The notes under the pieces are model-generated. The model searched no databases, was not told the origin of the DNA, and was given only the letters and a program-made list of their open reading frames with translations. Of a stretch of 27,656 nucleotides of DNA, positions 16,457 through 25,127 are shown piece after piece. The position numbers and the translations under genes were made by a program. Source of the DNA: a virus (lineage: Duplodnaviria; Caudoviricetes); IMG/VR virus record IMGVR_UViG_3300031823_000101, positions 1 to 27,656 of that record. One strand, 5' to 3'. The stretch's first letter is position 1; every line of letters starts with the position of its first letter.

Positions 16457-17890
16457 CTAGTTCGTCTTGGTCAACTCTGGTTCGTTGCCGTAACCCATGA
16501 GGCGTGCCGCTTCGGACGCGAACTTTTCGGCTTCCTCTTCCGTGATGTTGCTGCCGTCCGGCGTCATAAACGGGTCGCGTGGCTCTTCCCGCGTCGCCAT
16601 TTGCTGAACTCGCTGCTGATCGTCCCATGCCGCTCCATCCCGCATCCGGTCGGCCATACGAAGCTCGGCTTCAAGAATCGCGTCAGCCGGAGCGTCGGCC
16701 GCAAACTGGTACGTGCCGGCCCGTTGTTTCATTTCGTTGGCGACTTCCGGGCTGATCGCACCGCGTTTGAGGTTGGCGTCGATCCGCTGAAGGTACTTTT
16801 CGCGGCGAAGCGTCGTAACTTCCGCCTGGAGAGCCTTTTCGGTCTGCGACATTTGCACAACAGGCTCCGGTTTCGGCTCCGGAGGCTTGGGCGTTGGCTC
16901 GGTGGGCGTCGGATGCGGCGGCTTCCGCTCCGGGTCGATCGACATTTGAAACACACCGGCATCGGCCAGTTCCATGATCCGCTTGGCCTCGTCGGCGGTC
17001 ATCTTGCCAGCGGCAACGGCCTCGTCGAACTTCGCTTTCGCATTGGCGTCGATGGACATAACAAGCACCGATGGTTCAGTTTTGAGCGGGGCTTTCTTCC
17101 CGCCGGGTTCTTGCATCGACTGGCTTCCGCCGGCCAGCCCTTTGTTCGCAATCGAGTACGTTTCGGCCGCTGCCAAAAGTACCTTCAAATCACCGTTCCA
17201 ATTCTCGGGCACCGCGATTCCGAGATTCCTGAGGCAGCAGACGAGTTTTTCGCGTTCCGTGGGCGGTTTCTTGCCCTTTGCCTTTTCGCCTTCCGGGTCA
17301 TTCGGGTCGTACTCGTCATCGACGGTCTGCCTCATGCCGGATTCGTCGTACATCGGTTCGCCGGCCATCTGGATCACGGGATACTTTTCGCTCGCCGCGT
17401 CCAAACTGAGGGCCTGAACCGCCTTGAATTCCTTGGTTTGCTGCGGATTGAGAGGCCGCGGCGTGATCGCCATATGGCTGATCGCCCGCCGATATGTCTT
17501 GCCGGTCAGGGGATTCGTGTACCGGCTGAGTTGCGGGCTGACAAAGCTGCCCACCTTCTCGATGCGGTCCGCATCCTCGTCGCGTGCAATTTCGATCCGT
17601 GCCTTGACCTTTCCGTCCGTGTCGCGGAACAGATCGGTCATCCAGCCGGCCGTCAGATAATCCCGCTCCCGTTTCTCGATTTCCGAGCGATTCTTGCCGT
17701 CGACAGGGTAGCCCATCTGGTCGAGAGCATCCGGGTGAGCGAACGGGACTGGAATCTCCAGCCCGCTCTTCTGCATGTCGTGGAAGTTCTCGATGAATTC
17801 GTCGAAGTCCTTGTCGGTGACTGTGACTGCGGCCCCTTCCGTCAGAAAGGTTCCTGGTCGTCCGACTTCTTTGATGAACTCTCTGGGCAT
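16457..17890 (-). CDS. Mu-like prohead protease I fused to a scaffold region
   Basis: H(P), AGWM, FVSPQL and ISHMAITPRP motifs of Mu-like proteases; charged, coiled-coil C-terminal scaffold. Confidence 0.85.
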   Translation of the reverse strand: MPREFIKEVGRPGTFLTEGAAVTVTDKDFDEFIENFHDMQKSGLEIPVPFAHPDALDQMGYPVDGKNRSEIEKRERDYLTAGWMTDLFRDTDGKVKARIEIARDEDADRIEKVGSFVSPQLSRYTNPLTGKTYRRAISHMAITPRPLNPQQTKEFKAVQALSLDAASEKYPVIQMAGEPMYDESGMRQTVDDEYDPNDPEGEKAKGKKPPTEREKLVCCLRNLGIAVPENWNGDLKVLLAAAETYSIANKGLAGGSQSMQEPGGKKAPLKTEPSVLVMSIDANAKAKFDEAVAAGKMTADEAKRIMELADAGVFQMSIDPERKPPHPTPTEPTPKPPEPKPEPVVQMSQTEKALQAEVTTLRREKYLQRIDANLKRGAISPEVANEMKQRAGTYQFAADAPADAILEAELRMADRMRDGAAWDDQQRVQQMATREEPRDPFMTPDGSNITEEEAEKFASEAARLMGYGNEPELTKTN

Positions 17891-17907
17891 TGGTCATCCT
17901 GAATCGC

Positions 17908-17936
17908 AAACTCAGGGACAACGGCTACTCTGTCAA
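17908..17936 (-). promoter_or_regulatory. Possible late promoter for the head operon (perfect -35, weak -10)
   Basis: TTGACA at 17936-17931 upstream of the protease. No consensus -10 at 17 nt and no CATGTC box. Confidence 0.35.
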
Positions 17937-17966
17937 GCCCATTGTCTCAGCCAGCGAGCAAAATCC

Positions 17967-17995
17967 TTTACAGCCATGTCCGCGAGGGGCAGAAT
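17967..17995 (+). promoter_or_regulatory. Sigma70-like promoter with CATGTC box, likely giving a leaderless mRNA
   Basis: TTTACA-GCCATGTCCGCGAGGGG(17)-CAGAAT, with ATG 18003 seven nt downstream. Confidence 0.65.
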
Positions 17996-18002
17996 GGCGA
18001 GC

Positions 18003-18251
18003 ATGAAAACGATTCATCGAACAACGATTTCCGCACAGTGTCCACATGGACATGCCGATCTTTACGACGTCGAATTTCACACAGCGTGCCTCGTGCTGGT
18101 CGAGAGCCTACAAAAGGCGATCGACGAATCTGTCGGCACTCCGGCGTATCAGGAAGAATTGACGATCAAACTGGCAGAGAAGTCCGGTTGCCATGTCGTT
18201 ACTCGCGGTCGGCATCTCAAGTTTGAAACTGAATGCACGGCGGATCCATGA
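18003..18251 (+). CDS. Small QueF-like T-fold protein, 82 aa
   Basis: ISAQCPHGHADLYDV, VESL, YQEELT and GRH motifs resemble QueF/GCH-I T-fold; ATGA-coupled to the TGT-like gene. Confidence 0.7.
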   Translation: MKTIHRTTISAQCPHGHADLYDVEFHTACLVLVESLQKAIDESVGTPAYQEELTIKLAEKSGCHVVTRGRHLKFETECTADP

Positions 18252-18994
18252 TCCATTACCACGGCACGCCAGTCGGCGGCTCGCGAGAACAGGCGACGAA
18301 ATTCTTGAAGGGCCGTCACGCGATGGTCTCATTCGCCCGCGATGAAGATTTGGCGGTCGCGGCTGACGTCTGCCAATCATTCGCGATCGACAACGGGGCA
18401 TTTACGACATGGAAGCAAGGCAACAAATTCGATCCGAACGAATTCACGGATTGGGTAGGAAACAATTGGGCGAAACACCCGGGATTCGATTGGGCTTTGA
18501 TTCCCGACGTTATCGACGGGACCGAGGAAGAAAACGATCTTCTCATTAATCGGTGGCCGTTTGAAATTCGTGGTTGCCCGGTGTGGCATCTTCACGAGTC
18601 GCTCGACCGCCTTAAAAAACTTTGCGGTTTGATCCAGTTTCGTGCCGTCGCTTTCGGCAGTTCCGGCAAATGGAGAACGCCCGGAACGGACGCTTGGAAA
18701 ACACGGATGGGCGAGGCCTTTGACGCGATCTGCGACAGTGACGGTCGGCCGCCATGTCGATTGCACGGCTTGCGAATGCTGGCGTCTGATATTGTTTGTC
18801 GGTTCCCGTTCTCGTCGGCTGATTCGACGAATGCGGTTCGCAATTCGAGTCTCTATGGGCGATATGGCTGCTACTGTCCCCCAGAGCGTTCACAGCGAGC
18901 CGAAAACAACGCCCGCATAATCGAGGCGATCAACAGTCCGCCGGTCTGGAAACGCACGAATCTGCAACTCTCGCTCGATGAACTTTGGGGATGA
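18248..18994 (+). CDS. TGT/DpdA-like transglycosylase (putative 7-deazaguanine DNA insertion enzyme)
   Basis: MIHYHGTP, IDNGAF, IPDVI, PVWH, LHGL and SADST motifs of TGT-like TIM barrels. Confidence 0.75.
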   Translation: MIHYHGTPVGGSREQATKFLKGRHAMVSFARDEDLAVAADVCQSFAIDNGAFTTWKQGNKFDPNEFTDWVGNNWAKHPGFDWALIPDVIDGTEEENDLLINRWPFEIRGCPVWHLHESLDRLKKLCGLIQFRAVAFGSSGKWRTPGTDAWKTRMGEAFDAICDSDGRPPCRLHGLRMLASDIVCRFPFSSADSTNAVRNSSLYGRYGCYCPPERSQRAENNARIIEAINSPPVWKRTNLQLSLDELWG

Positions 18995-18995
18995 A

Positions 18996-19580
18996 ATGAC
19001 CATCGAAGACCTAATCGCCCGCGTCCGCTTCCGCACGCCACAAGCCGAAGTGAACAAAATCCGCGACCGTCACCCGGAATATCACGCACAGAAGTTCTTC
19101 GACTCGGTCACGTTCGGTGCCCAAGCGTGCCATCAGGCCCAGCGTGTCGGGCTGTTCGACGCGAAGCCGGGGAGGCTGCTCGACATTGGGTGTGCGTTCG
19201 GGTACTTGCTTGTCGCGGCGGAGGAGTTGGGGCATTGGGCCGGCGGCATCGACACCACGAGCATGTGCATCTTCGATGCGTGCGAACTTTTCAACGTCCG
19301 GTATTTTCCGCAGAACGTGAAGGCGTTCGAACCGCTGACTATCGACCATCAGGGATACGACTTCATCACCGTTTTCGGCGTCAACTTCGCGGAGGGCGGC
19401 CGATTCTGGGGCTTCGAGGAATACGACTTTTTCTTCCGCGACTGCGTGAGCCGGCTGAATCCTGGCGGCATCGTGTGGGTCGAATACAACCGCGGCGAAC
19501 AGACGTCATGGCTTGCCGATGCCAAGTGGCCCGGGATGAATTTCGAGGCTGTCGACAATCGGATTAGGATAAAAAAATGA
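18996..19580 (+). CDS. Class I SAM-dependent methyltransferase, 194 aa
   Basis: LLDIGCAFGY motif I, YDFIT, RLNPGG. Confidence 0.85.
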   Translation: MTIEDLIARVRFRTPQAEVNKIRDRHPEYHAQKFFDSVTFGAQACHQAQRVGLFDAKPGRLLDIGCAFGYLLVAAEELGHWAGGIDTTSMCIFDACELFNVRYFPQNVKAFEPLTIDHQGYDFITVFGVNFAEGGRFWGFEEYDFFFRDCVSRLNPGGIVWVEYNRGEQTSWLADAKWPGMNFEAVDNRIRIKK

Positions 19581-19803
19581 GTCACACTCCTCCGTGGGCA
19601 ACGCTGATTTTCGCTGTCATGTTTTTCATGACGGCTCAGCTCGTCGGGATCGAAATCAGAATTGAAAAGAGCAAAAAGCCGTTTGACTATTGCATTAAAT
19701 ACCTTGCGTGGGGCATCGGATTTTATTTGGCAATCGTCGCCATTCGTGCCGATGGCAGCTTCATTCCGTGAGCGTTGACAATCGGATTAGGATTCGGAAA
19801 TGA
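19554..19803 (+). repeat. Direct repeat of the methyltransferase 3' end flanking a small gene
   Basis: GACAATCGGATTAGGAT at 19554-19570 and 19777-19793; both copies continue to AAATGA. Confidence 0.85.
19577..19771 (+). CDS. Small two-TM membrane protein, 64 aa
   Basis: ATGA coupling; two hydrophobic segments. Confidence 0.65.
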   Translation: MSHTPPWATLIFAVMFFMTAQLVGIEIRIEKSKKPFDYCIKYLAWGIGFYLAIVAIRADGSFIP

Positions 19804-20057
19804 CTGGACGTCTGCCGGTAATCGAAGCTTGCTACCGGTGCCCGTATGCCTCACGCAAAACACACAGCGAGGACATGGGCGGCTCGCAACGTGGAACGCA
19901 CACGTATTTCCTAAGGTTGTATTGCACGCATCCAAACGGCAAAGACGACGGGAAGATTTTCGACAATTCGGCTGATGAGTTTGGAGAGCATTTTCCAATC
20001 ATCTTGGGCGAAATAGACATTCCAGAATGGTGCCCACTTCCGAAAGCAGAGAAATGA
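19800..20057 (+). CDS. Small Cys-rich putative Zn-binding protein, 85 aa
   Basis: CYRCPY...C...IPEWCPL; ATGA-coupled to the GT gene. Confidence 0.7.
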   Translation: MTGRLPVIEACYRCPYASRKTHSEDMGGSQRGTHTYFLRLYCTHPNGKDDGKIFDNSADEFGEHFPIILGEIDIPEWCPLPKAEK

Positions 20058-21109
20058 CCGATCGACCGATACGAGTGGCCTGCCTCTGTGATCGCGCGGG
20101 ATGGTGCTTCGAAAGCCGAGCACTTCAGATTCAAAAGCACGCCCCGCCGCACCTTCACATCGACGTCCTGCACATCGGCTACAGCAGCATCGAGCACGAA
20201 ATCGTCTGGCCGCTCTACGACGTCGTGTTTTGCATGTGGCCGCAAAAGACGTCAGAGGTCCGGGCGATCCTCGACAATCTCGGCCTCAAGACGCCACTGA
20301 TCGCCGCGTACAACTCCGGCACGCATCGGCCCGGCTACGGCCTCGAAATGACGGCCGCTGCGGATTACGTCATCGTCAACAATTGGGGCTCGTGGGCTCA
20401 CGCGATGGCCAAGTCATTCGGACGGTTCAAGGGCTGCCACATTTCCAACGGCGTGGACATGGGCTTCTATTGCGTCAAGCGACCGATCGCCGAGCGGCCC
20501 AACCGCGTGCTGTGGATCACGTCCGAAACGAAGGCTCAGGACCCCGACGACGTCAAGGGCTGGCGGACGCTGCTGAGACCGCTGGAGCCGATGCTGCGTG
20601 AGAAAGGCATCGAGTGCGATTTCCGCGTGGTGAAGCCTGAAGAGGAAATGACGGCCGAACGGATGGTCGATTGGTACAACAGCGGCTCAGTGTTTCTGGT
20701 GACGTCCAAGAGCGAGGGGACGCCAAACACGGCTCTTGAGGCCGCGGCTTGCGGGTGCGTGATCGTGTCGACGCCGGTCGGTAATCTCACGGAGTTGATC
20801 CAGCCGGGACGCAATGGGGCCATCTTCGAGCGCGGCGGTGATGCGGACGTGCTCAAGGCGTTTGAAGGAATCGAGGCTGCGTTGGCGAATCGGGAAGCGT
20901 GGTCGGCGGCGATGCGTGAATCGCTGATCGGCGGCGAGTGGGAGTGGTCACGAAGGTCGCGGTTTTACCATGCCGTTTTCAAAGGCGTTCACGCTCGCTA
21001 CGCCGTGGATTTCGAGGACTCATCACGTAACAGCGTAATCGGCATGCCGCCGTTCACGTACCTGACGGCTGATCTTGAGCAGATTGACGGGTCGGCTCCG
21101 CCGTTTTAA
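20054..21109 (+). CDS. GT-B glycosyltransferase, family 4-like
   Basis: ISNGVD, YNSGSVFLVTSKSEGTPNTALEAAACGCVIVSTPVG (EX7E motif). Confidence 0.9.
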   Translation: MTDRPIRVACLCDRAGWCFESRALQIQKHAPPHLHIDVLHIGYSSIEHEIVWPLYDVVFCMWPQKTSEVRAILDNLGLKTPLIAAYNSGTHRPGYGLEMTAAADYVIVNNWGSWAHAMAKSFGRFKGCHISNGVDMGFYCVKRPIAERPNRVLWITSETKAQDPDDVKGWRTLLRPLEPMLREKGIECDFRVVKPEEEMTAERMVDWYNSGSVFLVTSKSEGTPNTALEAAACGCVIVSTPVGNLTELIQPGRNGAIFERGGDADVLKAFEGIEAALANREAWSAAMRESLIGGEWEWSRRSRFYHAVFKGVHARYAVDFEDSSRNSVIGMPPFTYLTADLEQIDGSAPPF

Positions 21110-21344
21110 TGCCGAGTATTTCGTCGATCCTGTCACGCAAATCGCACCAAGCGTCGACTTGTGCTCCAGACCAACTCTGCTGCAACGCGAACTGGATCGG
21201 CACCCGGGACTTTTCTAGCAGCCGTCGCAGGCACGCGATTTCATCAAGCAATTCAAGGCCGATCTTCGGATCTTCCATCCATCCGAGCGGGCCAGTCATT
21301 TTCTTGAGACGAAACTTGAGATCGTCTTTGTCCGCTTGATTCAC
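21054..21344 (-). CDS. Hypothetical small phage protein, 96 aa
   Basis: GTGA coupling with the epimerase stop; LELLDEI motif of small phage accessory proteins; 3' end overlaps the convergent GT gene. Confidence 0.55.
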   Translation of the reverse strand: MNQADKDDLKFRLKKMTGPLGWMEDPKIGLELLDEIACLRRLLEKSRVPIQFALQQSWSGAQVDAWCDLRDRIDEILGIKTAEPTRQSAQDQPSGT

Positions 21345-22390
21345 AACCGTTCCCTCCACCCCTGCACAATCTCGACCACGATCTCTTCCAGCGTCCGCGA
21401 CACAGACCAGCCCGGATAATCATGCATCACGCGGCGAAGGTCCGAATAGTAGCAGATGTGATCGCCCTTACGCGGCTGATCCACGTAGACCGATTTCATC
21501 GGCAGTCCGGTTACCGACTCGACCAGCTTGAACGCTTCGAGGATCGAGCACGAATTCGCTTTGCCGCCGCCCAGATTGTACACGGCCGCTTTGCGTGGGG
21601 CCTTGGCGAACTCTTCGACGAACCGGGCCACGTCGACCGCGTGCAGATTGTCGCGGACCTGCTTGCCTTTGTAGCCGAAGATTTTGTACTCACGGCCTTC
21701 GAGGTTGCAGCGGACGAGATAGCTCAGGAAGCCGTGCAACTCGACGCCGGCATGGTTTGGCCCGGTGATGCACCCGCAACGCAGGCAGACTGTCGGCATG
21801 TCGAAGTATCGGCCGTACTCTTGGACCATTAGATCGGCGGCGAGTTTGGAGACTCCGAATGGGGAGTGTAGGCAGACGTCTACGCTCAACATTTCTGTGA
21901 TGCCCTCAAAGGCGTTGCTCATTCTGTGGAAATCGTATCGGTCTTCACTTTCAGTGTGCATGTAAAAATTAGGCCGGTCCCCATAGACCTTGTTCGTCGA
22001 CAGAAACACGAACGGCGATTCAGGGCAATGCTGCCGAGCGGCCTCCAACACGTTCAGCGTGCCCACCGCGTTGATGTCGAAGTCTTCGAGCGGAATCTTG
22101 GCTGAAAGGTCGTGCGATGGCTGCCCGGCTGCGTGGACGATCAGGGAGGGTTTAATCTTGCCGATTCGCCAGTCCATACGGCGTCGATCACAGACGTCTT
22201 CGTGCATGAAGTTTCCGTTGCACCACTTCAATGACCGATCGTTACCAAATGAATTCGGACCATCACCGAGCAATTTTCTACGCCCATAGTTGTCGATTCC
22301 GAAGACTTCCCAGCCCAACTCGGCGAAGTGCCAGCAGACCTCCGAACCGACGAGGCCCGATGAGCCGGTGACGAGGATTGTTTTGGTCAT
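21341..22390 (-). CDS. NAD-dependent NDP-sugar epimerase/dehydratase, CDP-paratose 2-epimerase-like
   Basis: ILVTGSSGLVG, HAAGQPSH, STNKVYG, HSPFGVSKLAADLMVQEYGRYF, GKQVRD, GDHICYYSD; start at ATG 22390 (ATGA overlap). Confidence 0.9.
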   Translation of the reverse strand: MTKTILVTGSSGLVGSEVCWHFAELGWEVFGIDNYGRRKLLGDGPNSFGNDRSLKWCNGNFMHEDVCDRRRMDWRIGKIKPSLIVHAAGQPSHDLSAKIPLEDFDINAVGTLNVLEAARQHCPESPFVFLSTNKVYGDRPNFYMHTESEDRYDFHRMSNAFEGITEMLSVDVCLHSPFGVSKLAADLMVQEYGRYFDMPTVCLRCGCITGPNHAGVELHGFLSYLVRCNLEGREYKIFGYKGKQVRDNLHAVDVARFVEEFAKAPRKAAVYNLGGGKANSCSILEAFKLVESVTGLPMKSVYVDQPRKGDHICYYSDLRRVMHDYPGWSVSRTLEEIVVEIVQGWRERL

Positions 22391-22629
22391 TGGTCGTCTT
22401 TCAAAAAGAAAGCGTTGTTTTTGACGATGCCGGCCGCTTTCCAAAATTGCCATACGCAGCCGAGTTCGGCCGCAATCAGAATCAGCAAGTTGACGATCAT
22501 AAGAGGCAACGAGCACCAATAATTGAACTTATCGCCATGATTCGGTAATGACGCTGCGATTGAATCGTTGCAGAGTCTCGCGGCAACCGCGATCAGCCAC
22601 CACATCGCGATCAATTTGAAGTTCTTCAA
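22387..22629 (-). CDS. Small two-TM membrane protein, 80 aa (MKNFKLIAMWW...)
   Basis: TTGA coupling at 22629; two hydrophobic stretches. Confidence 0.6.
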   Translation of the reverse strand: MKNFKLIAMWWLIAVAARLCNDSIAASLPNHGDKFNYWCSLPLMIVNLLILIAAELGCVWQFWKAAGIVKNNAFFLKDDQ

Positions 22630-23252
22630 GCGTTCCCCTTCTCCGCCAAAATGACACAGACGCCAACGCCCCAGCCGCATGAATTGTAGTTGTCGTTGAC
22701 CTCAATCTTCAGCAGCACACGCCAGCCATTCGCCGCAATCGCCGCCTCAGTCCCACGTCGCGGCCCGATCCACGACCAGTCGTCGACGATCAGGATGAAG
22801 CGGTCCGCGAGGATTGGAGACAGGCGAATCATTGTGTCCCGAGTCGCCTCTTCGGAATGATGAGCATCGTAGAACAATACGTTCACGTCTTGCGGCCCAT
22901 GCTGAACCGAATAATCGACCGCAACCGTGCCGCTGCTCACAATCGTCCTGACTTTGTATTCATTCTCAAATTTTCGGAGATTGTCCTGAAGCGTCTTGAG
23001 GTCTCCGCCGAACTGAGAGAAATTGTCGATTCCGCAGAAGTTGCCTTTGTTATTCCAAGCGGCAGCAATCAAGCTCGCCCCGTGCAACGTCCCGACCTCA
23101 AGATAATTGCACCCATCGAAGTCGCAGATCGCATTCAGCAGCCTCCGCAGTTTCGGCGTGGCGAACCCCGGCACGGCGAGTACCGCTTCGTTCAGACGCC
23201 AGTCTTGGGCGAATGAGAGGACGATGCGTTCGATGGAGAGGGGATCGGTCAT
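22626..23252 (-). CDS. Class I SAM methyltransferase (Methyltransf_24-like, sugar O-methyltransferase type)
   Basis: YLEVGTLHGAS, GIDNF, FYDAHH, ILIVDDW; TAATG coupling. Confidence 0.85.
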   Translation of the reverse strand: MTDPLSIERIVLSFAQDWRLNEAVLAVPGFATPKLRRLLNAICDFDGCNYLEVGTLHGASLIAAAWNNKGNFCGIDNFSQFGGDLKTLQDNLRKFENEYKVRTIVSSGTVAVDYSVQHGPQDVNVLFYDAHHSEEATRDTMIRLSPILADRFILIVDDWSWIGPRRGTEAAIAANGWRVLLKIEVNDNYNSCGWGVGVCVILAEKGNA

Positions 23253-23431
23253 TAATGAAATCCTGCCACGAGGCAGCACGCTAGGCAGACAATCAAAATG
23301 GCACGTATCACAAAGGCAACGCCGCGATCCAGCGGTGTCGTCTTCTGTTTTTCGGATGGCACTCCAAGATCGATCATCAGCCCAGTGCTAATAACAGCGG
23401 CGATCAATAACCATCCCTGTTGCTCAGTCAC
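23252..23431 (-). CDS. Small two-TM membrane protein, 59 aa (MTEQQGWLLIAAV...)
   Basis: GTGA coupling at 23431; two hydrophobic segments. The longer track ORF lies inside the GT gene. Confidence 0.6.
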   Translation of the reverse strand: MTEQQGWLLIAAVISTGLMIDLGVPSEKQKTTPLDRGVAFVIRAILIVCLACCLVAGFH

Positions 23432-24438
23432 GATTGCACCGCCTGTTCGATTTCGGCCCAGAGACGGGATGCGACGGAAGCTGGGGAACAGTCGTGGACC
23501 TGCATCCGGCGAAAGTGGTCTGTCGCGTCGTGATGTTGATCTAATCCACGAACGGCCTGCCCGACAACTTCCGCCAAGTCGGAGAAGTCCGGCTTGCAGG
23601 CGAAGTGCGACGGAAACCCGGCAAGATGCTCGGCACACGGTTTTATTAGTTGGCATCCGGCGAAGATCGCTTCCCAGTCTCGCCAAGCTATCTCGCCCCA
23701 CCCGCAGGGAGAAACCACGCACTTTGAGTTGAAAAGCAGATCGTCGTACTCGACTTGTCCGAGTGGACGGCCAGAGGCTGCCGACACAGCCAATGGCGTT
23801 TTGACAGCGACTCGTTGAAGTGATTCAATGCACGCCTGCCGATGCCGCTCAATCAGGCCGCCGCTGTAGCTGACGGTTCCCGCGAAACTCACGTCAATCG
23901 GCCGATCCGTGTTCGCGGCCCGCTCGTCACCGTACTGCAAAATCCGCTGGCAATGCTCATAAGCCCCGAAGTTAAACGGCACGCTGATCCGTTCCAGCCG
24001 GTCGATCGGCACCTGCTTCGGCCAACGCGGCTCTTCAAAAGGCACACCGAACGCCTCGGCGATCAGCTTTTCCTGATAGCGGCCGTTGTACCGATTCCAT
24101 AGCCACGGATCGGCATACTTCGACGTCTTGAATACCTTTGCCGGTGGGCAGTCCGAGCACAGCAGCCGTCGCGTGATGCCGGTGATGTTCGCTCCGTCCA
24201 AGCGTTCGACCAGAATGTAAGGCACGCCGAACGATTGAACCTCAGTGAGCAACCGGCCCACGCCGTCGCTGTTCGCGTCCTCAAGGCAGAGTTGCTGGAC
24301 AATAATCAGATCAAACGATCTGCCGCAAAGTAAATCGAAGTCGACAAGATCAACATCGTGGTTTTCGGCGACAATTTCCAGCATCCGGCGAAGCGCGACC
24401 GCTTGGGCGTTGTGTGCGAGGCGGAGGGCGATTCTCAT
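23428..24438 (-). CDS. GT-B glycosyltransferase (CgeB/Glyco_trans_1_2- or exostosin-like C-terminus)
   Basis: RPIDVSFAG, YDDLLFNSKCVVSPCGWGEIAWRDWEAIFAGCQLIKP, CKPDFSDL. Confidence 0.8.
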   Translation of the reverse strand: MRIALRLAHNAQAVALRRMLEIVAENHDVDLVDFDLLCGRSFDLIIVQQLCLEDANSDGVGRLLTEVQSFGVPYILVERLDGANITGITRRLLCSDCPPAKVFKTSKYADPWLWNRYNGRYQEKLIAEAFGVPFEEPRWPKQVPIDRLERISVPFNFGAYEHCQRILQYGDERAANTDRPIDVSFAGTVSYSGGLIERHRQACIESLQRVAVKTPLAVSAASGRPLGQVEYDDLLFNSKCVVSPCGWGEIAWRDWEAIFAGCQLIKPCAEHLAGFPSHFACKPDFSDLAEVVGQAVRGLDQHHDATDHFRRMQVHDCSPASVASRLWAEIEQAVQS

Positions 24439-24620
24439 TGTTTTTTATCCGGCCGTGTTTTGGCGACGGCCTCTTTGAGACGTTTGAGCAATCGGTGTGT
24501 GTATGCCGACCCGTACAGTCCACTGCGATAGGCGTCATCCAGCCCGCGAAGATAAAACCTCCGCAGGTCGATCAATTCCCAATGAGAGAATTCGAGTCGG
24601 ACTCGCTTCGCTTTCCTCAT
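24435..24620 (-). CDS. Small basic hypothetical protein, 61 aa
   Basis: First gene after the 24627-24655 promoter; ATGA-coupled to the GT gene. Confidence 0.6.
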   Translation of the reverse strand: MRKAKRVRLEFSHWELIDLRRFYLRGLDDAYRSGLYGSAYTHRLLKRLKEAVAKTRPDKKQ

Positions 24621-24626
24621 CCCCCC

Positions 24627-24655
24627 TCAATACAACTCCGCGACATGGCTGTCAA
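24627..24655 (-). promoter_or_regulatory. Sigma70-like promoter with CATGTC box (leftward)
   Basis: TTGACA-GCCATGTCGCGGAGTTG(17)-TATTGA, with the ATG six nt later. Confidence 0.6.
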
Positions 24656-24668
24656 ATTTGCCAAAAGT

Positions 24669-24697
24669 TTGACGAGCATGTCCGGAACCGGCAGAAT
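24669..24697 (+). promoter_or_regulatory. Sigma70-like promoter with CATGTC box (rightward)
   Basis: TTGACG-AGCATGTCCGGAACCGG(17)-CAGAAT. Confidence 0.6.
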
Positions 24698-24848
24698 GCA
24701 GCAACTCCCGGTCGTGCGTCACAGCATGAAAGATTTCCAGATTTGGTCACGGCTCCTGTTTACTGATAAAGAGCCTGACTGGCGGCAGCGTGCCGCGTGC
24801 GGAAATTACGGAACCGACGTGCGGCCGGGAGAATTTTGAGGCGACAAA

Positions 24849-25127
24849 ATGAGCGGAGAAGGCGAGCTTTGGATTAGTCGAGACGAAGAACCCAATTACT
24901 ACTCGAAGTTTATTTTCTTCTGGGGCGGCGAGCCCACGCTGGAGGCTGGCAGCGAGGGCTTCATTTCCACAGGGGGATCGCTCGGCTGCTTTTCGGTTTC
25001 GATGTTTCCGCACCCGATTCTGCCAGGGACAAAGAAACGGATCGAAGGCCTCACGATCGTGGAGGAAGATGAAGTCGATGACCAGCGAGCGGACGAATCG
25101 GCTTTTGATTACGGAGATCAACAATGA
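24849..25127 (+). CDS. Acidic hypothetical protein, 92 aa
   Basis: GAGG SD; ATGA-coupled to the GT2 gene. Confidence 0.65.
   Translation: MSGEGELWISRDEEPNYYSKFIFFWGGEPTLEAGSEGFISTGGSLGCFSVSMFPHPILPGTKKRIEGLTIVEEDEVDDQRADESAFDYGDQQ

Noticed and set aside
15398-17902. 834-aa plus-strand ORF
   Set aside because: Antisense shadow of the protease and decoration genes; Arg-rich, no motifs, expected in GC-rich DNA.
24414-24839. 141-aa ORF, or a short ORF in the 24700-24839 leader
   Set aside because: It crosses the divergent promoters and a minus-strand gene. A short C-terminal ORF (MKDFQIW...) has no SD or motif support.
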